Source: Treponemataceae bacterium (lineage in GTDB: Bacteria; Spirochaetota; Spirochaetia; Treponematales; Rectinemataceae). Taken from it: DNA of 64,000 nt. Position numbers and translations under genes: made by a program. The notes under the pieces are model-generated. The model was not told the origin of the DNA, searched no databases, and worked only from the letters and a program-made list of their open reading frames with translations. Positions within the stretch are counted from its first letter, which is position 1. Every line of letters starts with the position of its first letter. The DNA lies in the NCBI GenBank assembly GCA_963678065.2, contig CAXXVZ010000004.1, positions 352,001 to 416,000 on the forward strand, read 5' to 3'. Of this stretch, positions 9,501-18,202 are shown piece by piece.

Positions 9501-12500
9501 CGAGTTGGGCGGCCGCCCACGCGAAGTCCATTGCGCGGTCGATGGCATGAGGATCCGCGTATTTGCCCATGAGACTCACAACCTGCTCCCGGGTCTCGCC
9601 GGCAGCGATGACGAGGGACAGTGTCATGTGCTGTCCCGGCGCCAGGGAGAGAGTGGTTCGAAGGCTGAAAATGGGGTCGAGGACATTGCCTTCGCTGTTG
9701 TGCGGCTCCCCGAAGATGCCTGCGGGATCGGCGAGCGATCGGCCCCGGCCTATGAACTGACTGCGATCAGTCTCGAATCGCATGTCCGCCTCAGCTCCGG
9801 CTTCGGGGGTGAGGCGGTGCGCCACATACACAGGAAGGGCATCCCCCCCGCGTGGCCGCCGGAATGCCAGAAGTGCATGCTGCTGGCGCAAGGCTTCCGT
9901 CCGGATGAACAGTCTGCTGAAGGCAGGGTGCTGCCTGTCGGCTGCGTGAGGGGCCATTGAAAGCTCGATGTAACTCGAGCACTCCAGACGGCGGGTGCGG
10001 AGGGATCGATTCGTCAGGGTCACGCGGCGGATCTCGACGTCGTCTTCAGGAGACACGACAATCTCCATCCGGGACAGAATTCCGTTTTCGAGGCGCTGGA
10101 AGATGGCCCGATCGAGCGCGAAGGTGGCCAAGCCGCCTTCCCCCTTTCCTCCGACAGGCTGGTACGTCGCCGACCACATGCCATCGGAGTCTGGCTCGTG
10201 GATGTAGAAAAAGGTCCCCCACGGGTCCCTGGTAGGGTCCGATCTCCATCGTGTGATCTCCTGTGCGCCCCACTGGCTGTATCCACCGCCTGAATTGGAG
10301 ACCATCACGCTATACCGACCGTTGCTGAGGAGCTGCGTTTTGGGCATCCGGGTATGCACTATGTCGAAAGTGCTCGTCGAGGGGGCCAGCTCGCCGATAT
10401 CCTGTGCGGATTGTACACGTTCATGCATGGAGATGGTGTGGACCGGGGGACGGAGCGGAACGCGTTCGTGAAGCAAGGCCTCTACGGAGCGAACGCGCGC
10501 GTCGGCATGGAACCTCCGGCGGATGGAGCCATCAAAAAGGAAATTTGTCAGGGAAAGGAATCCCATGCCCTGGTGATGCGCCATGTAGCTCTGAACCACG
10601 ACACCGCGTCCGCCTGCCCTGCCGGGCTGGCGGCTGAAGTCGATCGCCTCGTAGTACCCGTGCGTATCGAGCAGCCCGAGTTCGGCCAGGCGCCGCAGGT
10701 TCCGGAGGGTCTCACGCGGCGCGATCCCCAGCGCCAGCAGGCTCGCATAAGGAGCGACAACGATCTTCTCTTCCGCTTCGCGCTTCAAGCCGAGCCCGGG
10801 GACACCAAATGCCCGGTACTGGTAGATCCTGTTGAGATCCATGTCCGCGAAGGCCGATTCCGAGATCCCCCACGGCATCCGATGCCGGCGACCATAATCC
10901 ATCTGCACCGCAAGCGCCCCGCGCGTGGCCTCTTCGAGGAGCGTGTTCGCGAGGGAATCCTGAAAAAGCAAGGGCATGAGGTATTCGAACATCGTCCCTG
11001 TCCAGCTGAGAAGGACACGGCGACGACCGAGCTTCGTGTAGGGGCGGCTGAGGGAGAACCAGTGTTCGAACGGGACATCCCCTCGAGCGATCGCGACGAA
11101 ACTGCCCAGCCGCGATTCACTCGCGAGGAGGTCATAGAAGGAGTTGTCCCTGCGGCCCTCGGAGACATTGTAGCCGATGGTGAACAGCCGCCGCCCGGAA
11201 TCGTAGAGGAAGCGCATATCGATCTGTTCCGAGAGCGCCCGACAGTCTCGGATGAGCCGCTCGCACTGATCCAGCATCTCACCCGCAAGCCAGCGCGATT
11301 TCGAGAATTCCTCCAGGAGGCGGTCGAGCCACGCGAGCATCGGGACTGAGGGCGGAGGCATTGCAGCGCGGGCTTCCTGTAGGATCGAGACGCAGCCTAC
11401 ACGCCCGTTTGCGAGGTCGATCAGGGAGGGCACAGGGTATCCATCCTTCCGAAGCGCTTCCGTCACCTTCGGACCAAGCGTGGCAATCTCCTGCCACGAC
11501 TTCTGTGCAAGGATTTCCATCCACGCGAGATACCGGTCCGCGATATTCAGCCAGGCTGCCAGCTGCCTTTCAATCTGCCTGGACCAGTAGGCCTCCTCAG
11601 CTCCCTCACCTGCCAACTGTTGCTGCCCGCCGCCGGAGAGATTGATTTCCCGCCCCCCCTCTCTCAACAGCCTGAGCATATCGACGAATCGGGGTGGTGA
11701 GGTTTCCACTTCCTTCATGAAGCGGGAAAGCGCAGGGGAACGGTCGCCGCGGGATCGTTCAGAACTCGGAATTCGCCTGAGGATTCTCCCTGTATCCTGC
11801 AGTCCGGAAAAAGCCCTCCCGTCGAGGAGGGGCTGTCCGAGCATCTCCATCAGCCCCTGCTCCAAAGTCCAGAGAGCACCCAGCAGGTTTCCGCTGTCGA
11901 CGGTCGAGACGTAGCGCGGTTCGAGAGGCACTCGCGTCCGCACATCGTACCAGTTCAAGAGATGCCCCTTGAATTGCTCGAGTCCCCCGATCGTCTTCAT
12001 GGTCCCCGTCAGTCTGCGGACGACTTCGTCCACCGTCAGGTATCCGAAATCCCGTGCCGCCAATGCGCTCAGCATCCAGAGGCCGATGTTTGTCGGACTC
12101 GTACGCATGGCGAGCTCGTTTCGCGGTGAAACCTGATAGTTGTCCGGCGGCAGCCAGGACGAGTCGGCGTTGACGAAATCGTCGAAATAGCGCCAGGTGC
12201 GGCGCGAAATAGCCCGGAGGAACTTCGTGTCCGCTGGCGGCAGCGCCCGTCGCTGATTATGCTCGCGGGTAGGCTGATTCAGAAGCCAGGCCACAAGGGG
12301 TGAAAGCAGCCATGCGGCGAGCCAGGGGCCGGCGTGCACGAGGCTCGATGGCATCCGGATCGACAGCATGAATGCGGCGAGGACACTCGCTGCGCTCACC
12401 AGCCCCATCGTCAGGACGAGGGCGGGGCGCCTCCCTGATCCGGACCCTGGCAGGACCTGAGTCGAGTTCCACTGGAGCATTCCCCTATGCGAAATGTGAC

Positions 12501-15500
12501 TGCGATACAGGGTGCGAAGGATGGCATCCATGGATAAAGCGGCTTGGTGCGGAAGCAACGAGGCCTCAGCCAGCGTCCGGAGCAGGTCGTGCGCGACGCT
12601 CGGCAGCGAGAAGCCTTTCATTCCCCGGCGGCTTGTGAGCATCGTGAAACACTGTGCGAGGGGCCGGGAGAGCAGTTGCACGGCGACAACCAGGCCTGCG
12701 ATCCAAGCCGCCCGCGCGGATATCGCCCAGGAAGCCAGGAGCAGGGCCAGGTTGGCCGCGGGCATCAGGCTGCGGCGCAGGTTGTCGAAGAGCTTCCAGC
12801 GGTCGAACCACGAAAGGGGGTTTTGCTCCGGACTTTCACCTTGTCGAGGAACCCGCGATGTAATCCACTGCGCAATCTGCCAGTCACCGCGGATCCACCG
12901 ATGCTGGCGGTCGGAAGCCGCCTCATAGCTTCGCGGGAACTCGTCGTAGAGCTCGATGTCGCTGGCCAGCCCGACACGGACGTAGGCCCCCTCTATCAGG
13001 TCATGGCTCAGGAGCCGTTCTTCAGGGAATCGCCCGCCGAGCACGCGATCGAAGGCACGCACATCGTAGATTCCCTTGCCGTAGTAGGAACCTTCGCCCG
13101 TGAGGTCCTGGTAAAAGTCAGAAACCACCCGGGCATAGGGATCGATTCCGGCCGCATCGGCGAAGAGCCGGCTGAAAGGCGAGGCGTTCGAACTCGGCAG
13201 AGAAGAGCTTGCGCGCGGCTGGATGATCGTGTAGCTGCCCGCCATCACCCTGCCCGACTCGTCGAAACGCGGCTGGTTGAGCGGATGCGCCAAGGTTTCT
13301 ATCATGCGGCGGGCAGAGCCCGGAGGAAGCTGGGTGTCGCTGTCCAGCGTGATGACGAACCTGACATTGACCAGGGCGTCCCTGCTGCCGACGCGAACGA
13401 GGCTCGGGGCTTCTTCAGGCCGCGACCCCGCGATCAACCCGTTCAACTCTTCGAGCTTGCCGCGTTTGCGCTCCCAGCCGATGAACTTCTCTTCCGATTC
13501 GCTCCACATGCGCTCGCGATGAAACAGGAAGAACCGCCTTTCGCCATAGCGGCGGTTCAGCGATTCGATATCTTCGATCGCGGCCCCCAGGAGCCGCGCG
13601 TCGTCCTCCCGATAAGCCTCGTCCGCATCCCGATAATCCGTGAAGAGGCTGAAGAGCAGGTTGTTCTCCCGGTTGGCCAGATAGCGGACTTCCAGCTTCT
13701 CTACCTCGGAGCGGATCGACTGAGGGTCACCCAAAAGAACCGGCACGACGACCAGCGTGCGAAACTGGTCAGGCACTCCGGAGATCTCGAAATCCATTTT
13801 TGGCAGGGCGCGGGGTGGCAGGATCCGCATGGCGAGGTAGTTCAGCCCCTCGAGTGCGAGCTGGCTGGCCGGGAGCGCCAGAAGCAGTGTCAAGAAGAGA
13901 CGGATCCCGAATGTCTGTCCACCTGAACTGGCCATGGCGATCAGGAGAGTCGAACCGAGAGCGAGGACGATGAAGTCAAAAAAGAAAACCGCAGTCGAAT
14001 GCCGGTATATCCAGTGGAGAAGACGGTAGCGCCGATTCTCCCCGCAATTCAGCAACCTGACGAGTTCCTGTCTGCCTTCGCCTATGAGGTAGGTTCCCAC
14101 ATGCTTTCGGCGTTCATCAGAACCGGATGGGCCGCTCATCGCTTCCTGGGCCAGCGAGAGAGCATGGCGGGCGACCAGGTCTTCCGCCTGGCCGGATGCA
14201 CGGGAAAGCTCTTCGATCACCCGGCGGTACCGGTCGCGAGTGCTGAAATCCATTTCGGGATAGACGCCGCAGGCATCGCCGCGGAGCAGATGTTCCACAC
14301 GGCTGAGACTCTCGAATATCTGTCTCCAGTCAAGCAGATCGAGCTGCTTCAGGCTCGTGAACGCATTGCCGATGGAAAGCCGGTCCTTTGTCTGGCGGTT
14401 CTGTTCGCGCAGGTTGAGCTCGCCCAGAGGCTGGCGATATGTTCGCTCCAGCCACGCTTGCACGAGTACGAGGACGGCCTCCTCGTCGTGGAGATGCCCG
14501 ACGAGTTGCGCCGCAAAATAGGGACTCGGGCCGGGGAACTCCTTCGCCAGCTCGGCGAGGATGAAGAAGAGTTGGTTCGAGCCCCGCCTGTTGGCACTGA
14601 TCAGGCGGTTCCCCCAGAAGTCGGCGTTCTCCCGCTCGCGCAGCTCGACTGCGGCGCGGAGGGCGAGGTTGCTGACACTCTCGATCAGGGCGACGCGGAG
14701 CATCTGGGGGATAGCCCAAAGCTCACCGATCGAGAGAGGGACGGAGGACTGATATGCATCGATGTACGCAAAAATATTTTCCCTGTCCAGACGAAGTTCC
14801 AAGTCAGCGAGGAACTCGCGGGCAAGATCGTAAATGCGCGGTATCCCCGGTGAGCATCCTCCTGCAAGGGTCGGAAGCTGTCGGTAGAACTTGAACGGGA
14901 GGTTCACGATGACATCGCGTGTATTGCTCTCGATGACGTATTCGTTGTCGAGGATCCACTCGGCGGTGGCAGGCGTTCCCTGCTCCAGCCGGCTGGCCTG
15001 CGAAAGCTCGACGCATATATCGTGGATATGCCGATGTGCGTCCTTCAGCCGCGAGAGCAGCACGGCTCTCTGTCGAGGCTTGGGGTCGATGCGGTGTTCG
15101 ACAGCCAAGCGCTCGGCATGTTCGCGGATCTGGACGGGCGAAAGCGGAACTCCGGACATCCTCAGGTCCGCCGGGTCTTTCGCGACGTTTTCGCGCAGAA
15201 TGAAAACGGTTGGCGGGATGTCGCCGCTTTCCTGCAACACAGAGACCGCGTCATGCAGCGTATCCATGGGCGCCCGGATGACAAGGACCGTTTCATCGGA
15301 GACCAGAGTGCGCGCGTAATCCTTCAACACCTTACTCTCGACTCCGTACCTCGATCGTCGATACAAGATCCACCCGAGGAGCAGGCCGCTGAAAGCGCCG
15401 ATCAAACCCGTCTCCGGTGTCGGCCAACCTTTGATTCCGGAGGCGCCGGCGGAGAGGAGCCCTAAAAGGACAGCGGCCACAAGAGCCGTGGTTATGCGAT

Positions 15501-15666
15501 GCCGAAGGAAGGGATCATGCGAGCGGACCTCCCCTCCTGAACTTCTGAAGAGAACTGCACTACGGTAAAAGCCCTTACTTTTCAGTTTCCTGAGGGCGTC
15601 GCCTGCTTCTTCACGTTTCGCAAAGTAGCTGAGGAGAATGCCGGATCTCCGCTCCCTTCCCGACAT
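6511..15666 (-). CDS. ndvB: Cyclic beta-1,2-glucan synthase (Cgs/NdvB/ChvB type): glycosyltransferase, cyclising domain and C-terminal GH94 phosphorylase-like domain
   Basis: 3051 aa; GWERKRGKL, DSDTQL, SHDLIEG, RWIRGDWQ, LPPDNYQ, TSPTNIG, MFEYLMP, WGISES, YMAHHQGM; GH94 motifs YQSGGAFGFRDQLQD, GDWNDGMN, RENGGQYTH, WYTGSA. Confidence 0.92.
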   Translation of the reverse strand: MSGRERRSGILLSYFAKREEAGDALRKLKSKGFYRSAVLFRSSGGEVRSHDPFLRHRITTALVAAVLLGLLSAGASGIKGWPTPETGLIGAFSGLLLGWILYRRSRYGVESKVLKDYARTLVSDETVLVIRAPMDTLHDAVSVLQESGDIPPTVFILRENVAKDPADLRMSGVPLSPVQIREHAERLAVEHRIDPKPRQRAVLLSRLKDAHRHIHDICVELSQASRLEQGTPATAEWILDNEYVIESNTRDVIVNLPFKFYRQLPTLAGGCSPGIPRIYDLAREFLADLELRLDRENIFAYIDAYQSSVPLSIGELWAIPQMLRVALIESVSNLALRAAVELRERENADFWGNRLISANRRGSNQLFFILAELAKEFPGPSPYFAAQLVGHLHDEEAVLVLVQAWLERTYRQPLGELNLREQNRQTKDRLSIGNAFTSLKQLDLLDWRQIFESLSRVEHLLRGDACGVYPEMDFSTRDRYRRVIEELSRASGQAEDLVARHALSLAQEAMSGPSGSDERRKHVGTYLIGEGRQELVRLLNCGENRRYRLLHWIYRHSTAVFFFDFIVLALGSTLLIAMASSGGQTFGIRLFLTLLLALPASQLALEGLNYLAMRILPPRALPKMDFEISGVPDQFRTLVVVPVLLGDPQSIRSEVEKLEVRYLANRENNLLFSLFTDYRDADEAYREDDARLLGAAIEDIESLNRRYGERRFFLFHRERMWSESEEKFIGWERKRGKLEELNGLIAGSRPEEAPSLVRVGSRDALVNVRFVITLDSDTQLPPGSARRMIETLAHPLNQPRFDESGRVMAGSYTIIQPRASSSLPSSNASPFSRLFADAAGIDPYARVVSDFYQDLTGEGSYYGKGIYDVRAFDRVLGGRFPEERLLSHDLIEGAYVRVGLASDIELYDEFPRSYEAASDRQHRWIRGDWQIAQWITSRVPRQGESPEQNPLSWFDRWKLFDNLRRSLMPAANLALLLASWAISARAAWIAGLVVAVQLLSRPLAQCFTMLTSRRGMKGFSLPSVAHDLLRTLAEASLLPHQAALSMDAILRTLYRSHISHRGMLQWNSTQVLPGSGSGRRPALVLTMGLVSAASVLAAFMLSIRMPSSLVHAGPWLAAWLLSPLVAWLLNQPTREHNQRRALPPADTKFLRAISRRTWRYFDDFVNADSSWLPPDNYQVSPRNELAMRTSPTNIGLWMLSALAARDFGYLTVDEVVRRLTGTMKTIGGLEQFKGHLLNWYDVRTRVPLEPRYVSTVDSGNLLGALWTLEQGLMEMLGQPLLDGRAFSGLQDTGRILRRIPSSERSRGDRSPALSRFMKEVETSPPRFVDMLRLLREGGREINLSGGGQQQLAGEGAEEAYWSRQIERQLAAWLNIADRYLAWMEILAQKSWQEIATLGPKVTEALRKDGYPVPSLIDLANGRVGCVSILQEARAAMPPPSVPMLAWLDRLLEEFSKSRWLAGEMLDQCERLIRDCRALSEQIDMRFLYDSGRRLFTIGYNVSEGRRDNSFYDLLASESRLGSFVAIARGDVPFEHWFSLSRPYTKLGRRRVLLSWTGTMFEYLMPLLFQDSLANTLLEEATRGALAVQMDYGRRHRMPWGISESAFADMDLNRIYQYRAFGVPGLGLKREAEEKIVVAPYASLLALGIAPRETLRNLRRLAELGLLDTHGYYEAIDFSRQPGRAGGRGVVVQSYMAHHQGMGFLSLTNFLFDGSIRRRFHADARVRSVEALLHERVPLRPPVHTISMHERVQSAQDIGELAPSTSTFDIVHTRMPKTQLLSNGRYSVMVSNSGGGYSQWGAQEITRWRSDPTRDPWGTFFYIHEPDSDGMWSATYQPVGGKGEGGLATFALDRAIFQRLENGILSRMEIVVSPEDDVEIRRVTLTNRSLRTRRLECSSYIELSMAPHAADRQHPAFSRLFIRTEALRQQHALLAFRRPRGGDALPVYVAHRLTPEAGAEADMRFETDRSQFIGRGRSLADPAGIFGEPHNSEGNVLDPIFSLRTTLSLAPGQHMTLSLVIAAGETREQVVSLMGKYADPHAIDRAMDFAWAAAQLELRVLHIQSDDARRFQQLASHLLYPNRLLRAPAGKIEENTRGQAGLWKYGISGDLPIALVTIGEIRDVGLVGQMLQAHTYWRMHGLMADLVILAEETDGYERPLHERLEGLIQAHSTNTGRDKPGGVFLRSADQIPEADLTLLLAAANIVFVSARGALAWQVGIPAEAPDQEEKPSWKAAPQDPSSPLPFLELPYFNGLGGFTPDGHEYAIYLSAGTDTPAPWVNVIANPGFGALISERGSGFTWSGNSQRNRLTEWSNDPVVDPASEALYIRDEKTGRCWTPTASPIREETAYRARHGAGYSVFEHNSNGIDQELTVFVPMDRDGGQPIKLQVLRLKNTSSRPRALSLTYYVELLLGEHSETSRMHVVTAWDDGMRAITARNRFNPDYSERVAFAALSPGTDSFCGDRTSFLGRNGSLKSAAAMEHAALSGRTGAGYDPCAAMRVAFELAPGETTEIVCMLGEAGSREEACALVLAYRDAMAVEAALAETKAWWNDLLGVVEVHTPELAADFLINRWLLYQSLSCRIWGRSAFYQSGGAFGFRDQLQDVMALLYASPNLARDHIILAAGRQFREGDVQHWWHPPGGAGIRSRISDDLLWLPFVVAQYVRVSGDAGILNAEVPFLEGPALREYQHEAFFTPTVAAERASLFEHCRRAVARGLTEGVHGLPLMGTGDWNDGMNLVGAGGRGESVWLAWFLVDVLRGMSEMSALMGLADEGRVYLEQREALIGRIERAAWDGEWYIRAIFDDGTLLGSSANAEARIDSLPQSWAFLSGGDTARSRIALDSAWKELVHEDEGLVLLFTPPFDTTAPSPGYIQAYPPGVRENGGQYTHAALWLAMAMAHSGDGTRAATLLRMLNPVEQARNPEAVRRYSAEPYVAVADVYRLAGRTGQGGWSWYTGSAAWMYRAWVEEVLGLKVRGDRLELDPVIPAWWSGFRMNYRHGEALYEIRVENPGNFERGISWIEMDGRRLVDCQITLERGLVKHGILLQMGKP

Positions 15667-15731
15667 GATCAGCTAACCAAGGGGCGGGTTGGCCATCTCC
15701 CGACCGAATCCGATCGGGTCGACACAATTCT

Positions 15732-15929
15732 TCACTTGGTGACACCCTTGAGCTTATTGATAGTTTCCTGTGCTTCCTTTTTGACCTCACGTATGGATTC
15801 CTCGACAGCTTCCTTCGCCTTGCCGGCGGCCTGGTCCTTCTTCCCTTCATTGCGAAGATTTTCGTTGTTGATCAGAGCCCCTGCAGCTTCCTTGATCCGG
15901 CCTTTCACAACATCTGTCATTCCACTCAT
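15732..15929 (-). CDS. csbD: CsbD family general stress protein
   Basis: DVVKGRIKEAAG...EGKKDQAAGKAKE pattern; AAGGAG RBS. Confidence 0.88.
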   Translation of the reverse strand: MSGMTDVVKGRIKEAAGALINNENLRNEGKKDQAAGKAKEAVEESIREVKKEAQETINKLKGVTK

Positions 15930-16324
15930 GTTTGCGACTCCTTTTCTTGTGAATTGAGATATAGGTTAGTTGAATTGGTTACTGAATCTAGGACCATCGA
16001 CCTATGCTGCGATGAAACCGGTGAAACCGAACGCCTGAGTTTTCTTTCCGCATCCCACGGAGACGAGACTCATCCTCTTGTCGCATCTGCGCAGTTTGAA
16101 GCAAATTTTTTTTTACTTCAATGAATAAGATACTAAGCCCGTTGTTCCAGGTCTATCGTTTCTCATTGAATTCCCGGAAAAGCCATACTCATTGCGAACG
16201 AGACAGGGTGATGCTATCGAATCCATAAAAATGGCTCCCTTTCGACAGCGATAGGACATATGTCCTATCGCAGCGATGAGTGTAACGGGATACTTAAGGA
16301 GCATAAAGAAGGGAGGTCCATCTC

Positions 16325-17203
16325 ATGTACAGCGCCTTCGCACCCCTCGTCGGGGCCCTCATCACCCTCATGAATGGCGTGAACAGCCGCTTCGCCGGGT
16401 ACGCCGGCAGCCTCGTCTCCACGCTCGTCATCCATCTCGTCGGCCTCACCGCTGTCTCGGTTCTTCTTCTCGCGAGGCGCGAAGAAGTACGGCCGGGGCG
16501 CCTTCCCGTCTACTATTACCTGGGAGGCCTCGTCGGCGTAGGGACAGTCTTCTCGAACATCTACGCCTTCGCCGCCCTCGGCGCCTCGCTCGCCGTGGCA
16601 CTCTCCCTTCTCGGCCAGACCCTCTTCTCGGTCGCCGTGGACGCCACAGGCTTCCTGGGCCGGAAGAGATACTCTTTTTCCGCGCGTCGACTGCCGGGCA
16701 TAGGACTCGCCATCGCGGGCGTGGCCGTCATGGCGGGAAACTGGCGTTCAGATGTCTTCGCCATGCTCATCGCCCTCGCCTCGGGCATCCTTCCCGGCCT
16801 CTCCTTCATTCTCAATTCGGAGCTCGGGCGCCGGAAAGGCATCTTCCGGAGCACGCGCGTGAACTACCTCGTGGGACTCGCGACGACCCTCACTATCGTC
16901 GCCGCGGTCAGGCCGCCTCTGGCGACTGCCGCACGCGCGGTCGCGACGGCCGGCCCCTTTCTCGCCCTCGGAGGAGGCCTCATGGGCGTCGTGGTAGTCA
17001 CGACGATGAACTTCATCTTCCCGCGCATACCGGCCTTCTCCGCGACCCTTCTCATATTTTCCGGTCAGGCGCTGGCCGGAGTCCTCATCGACGCCGTCGC
17101 GGAGGGGGCCTTCAACGCGAGAAAGCTCATCGGCACGCTCATCCTCCTCGCGGGTCTCGCAATCAACTCTCTCATCACAAAACGGCGGAAGCGGAACCCT
17201 TGA
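16325..17203 (+). CDS. DMT family transporter (tandem YdcZ-like domains)
   Basis: About 10 TM helices in two repeats, each with an NS motif and a GGL(V/M)GV motif; GGAGG RBS. Confidence 0.82.
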   Translation: MYSAFAPLVGALITLMNGVNSRFAGYAGSLVSTLVIHLVGLTAVSVLLLARREEVRPGRLPVYYYLGGLVGVGTVFSNIYAFAALGASLAVALSLLGQTLFSVAVDATGFLGRKRYSFSARRLPGIGLAIAGVAVMAGNWRSDVFAMLIALASGILPGLSFILNSELGRRKGIFRSTRVNYLVGLATTLTIVAAVRPPLATAARAVATAGPFLALGGGLMGVVVVTTMNFIFPRIPAFSATLLIFSGQALAGVLIDAVAEGAFNARKLIGTLILLAGLAINSLITKRRKRNP

Positions 17204-17268
17204 CCCTGTCCGGCGCTTGCCCGATACTGTTTTCAGGCCATCACCGCAGTACAAAAATGGAGGACACC

Positions 17269-18132
17269 ATGAGGCGAGTCGGCATTTTTTACGCGTACTG
17301 GACCCATGAATGGGACGTCGATTTCTTTCCATTCATCGGCAAAGTCGCCGATCTTGGTTTCGAACAGCTCGAGCTGAACGGGGGCACTATCGTCCGGTTA
17401 AAAGCGGACGAGAGGAAGCGGCTTGCGGAAGCGGCGAGGGAGCGCGGCATCGCGCTGTCCTACGGGATCGGATTGCCCGCGGCATACGATCCTTCGTCTC
17501 TGGATGAGTCGATACGGCGCGAAGGCCTTTGCTTCATGAAGGAGATGATCGGCGCGGTGGCTTCCATGGGGGGCGGCATGATCGGGGGCACTGTGCATTC
17601 CTATTGGCCCGCCAAGGCACCCGCGGATCTCGCGCAGAAGGCGGCAATCCGCGCGAGAAGCCTTTCGAGCATGCGGGAGCTGGCGCCGATAGCCGAAGAT
17701 TCAGGCGTCGTGCTCAACATCGAAGTGCTCAACCGCTTCGAGCATTTTCTGTTCAACGTCTGCGATGAGGCCCTGGATTTCGTGCGTGAAGTGGACAGTC
17801 CGGCTCTCAGGATTCTCCTCGACACATTCCACATGAATATCGAGGAAGACTCGTTGGGCGACGCGATCCGCAAAACAGGGAGCTATCTCGCCGCGCTTCA
17901 TATAGGGGAAACGAACCGCAAGCTGCCAGGCATGGGTCGCATGCCCTGGGCCGAGATCAGGAAGGCGCTGGACGACATAGCCTTTGACGGGCCCCTGGTC
18001 ATGGAGCCCTTTGTCATGCCCGGCGGTCAGGTAGGCCGCGACATCGCGCTCTGGCGCGCTCTCGTGCCCGATGCCGACCTCGACAAACTGGCCGCACAGT
18101 CGGCCGCCTTCGTGAAGAGAACCCTTCGCTGA
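17269..18132 (+). CDS. D-psicose/D-tagatose (ketose) 3-epimerase family protein
   Basis: GIFYAYW, EVLNRFE, DTFHMNIEE, HIGETNR, MEPF. Confidence 0.9.
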   Translation: MRRVGIFYAYWTHEWDVDFFPFIGKVADLGFEQLELNGGTIVRLKADERKRLAEAARERGIALSYGIGLPAAYDPSSLDESIRREGLCFMKEMIGAVASMGGGMIGGTVHSYWPAKAPADLAQKAAIRARSLSSMRELAPIAEDSGVVLNIEVLNRFEHFLFNVCDEALDFVREVDSPALRILLDTFHMNIEEDSLGDAIRKTGSYLAALHIGETNRKLPGMGRMPWAEIRKALDDIAFDGPLVMEPFVMPGGQVGRDIALWRALVPDADLDKLAAQSAAFVKRTLR

Positions 18133-18147
18133 GGCGCAGTACAAAAA

Positions 18148-18177
18148 GGGCTGTCCGAAGGTATTTCCGGACAGCCC
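18148..18177. terminator. Intrinsic terminator hairpin
   Basis: GGGCTGTCCG...CGGACAGCCC, preceded by an A-run (U-tract on the minus strand). Confidence 0.7.
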
Positions 18178-18202
18178 GCGATCAGTTCAACGATTCAGAC
18201 CC

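Noticed and set aside
15667..16110. Possible cyclic-dinucleotide riboswitch upstream of csbD/cgs
   Set aside because: Only a short TCAGCTAACC resemblance, on the wrong strand. The remaining consensus elements were not found.
16276..17268. Apparent 618-aa epimerase with a long N-terminus
   Set aside because: The extension is an alternative frame over the DMT gene. The real start with a GGAGG RBS is at 17269.
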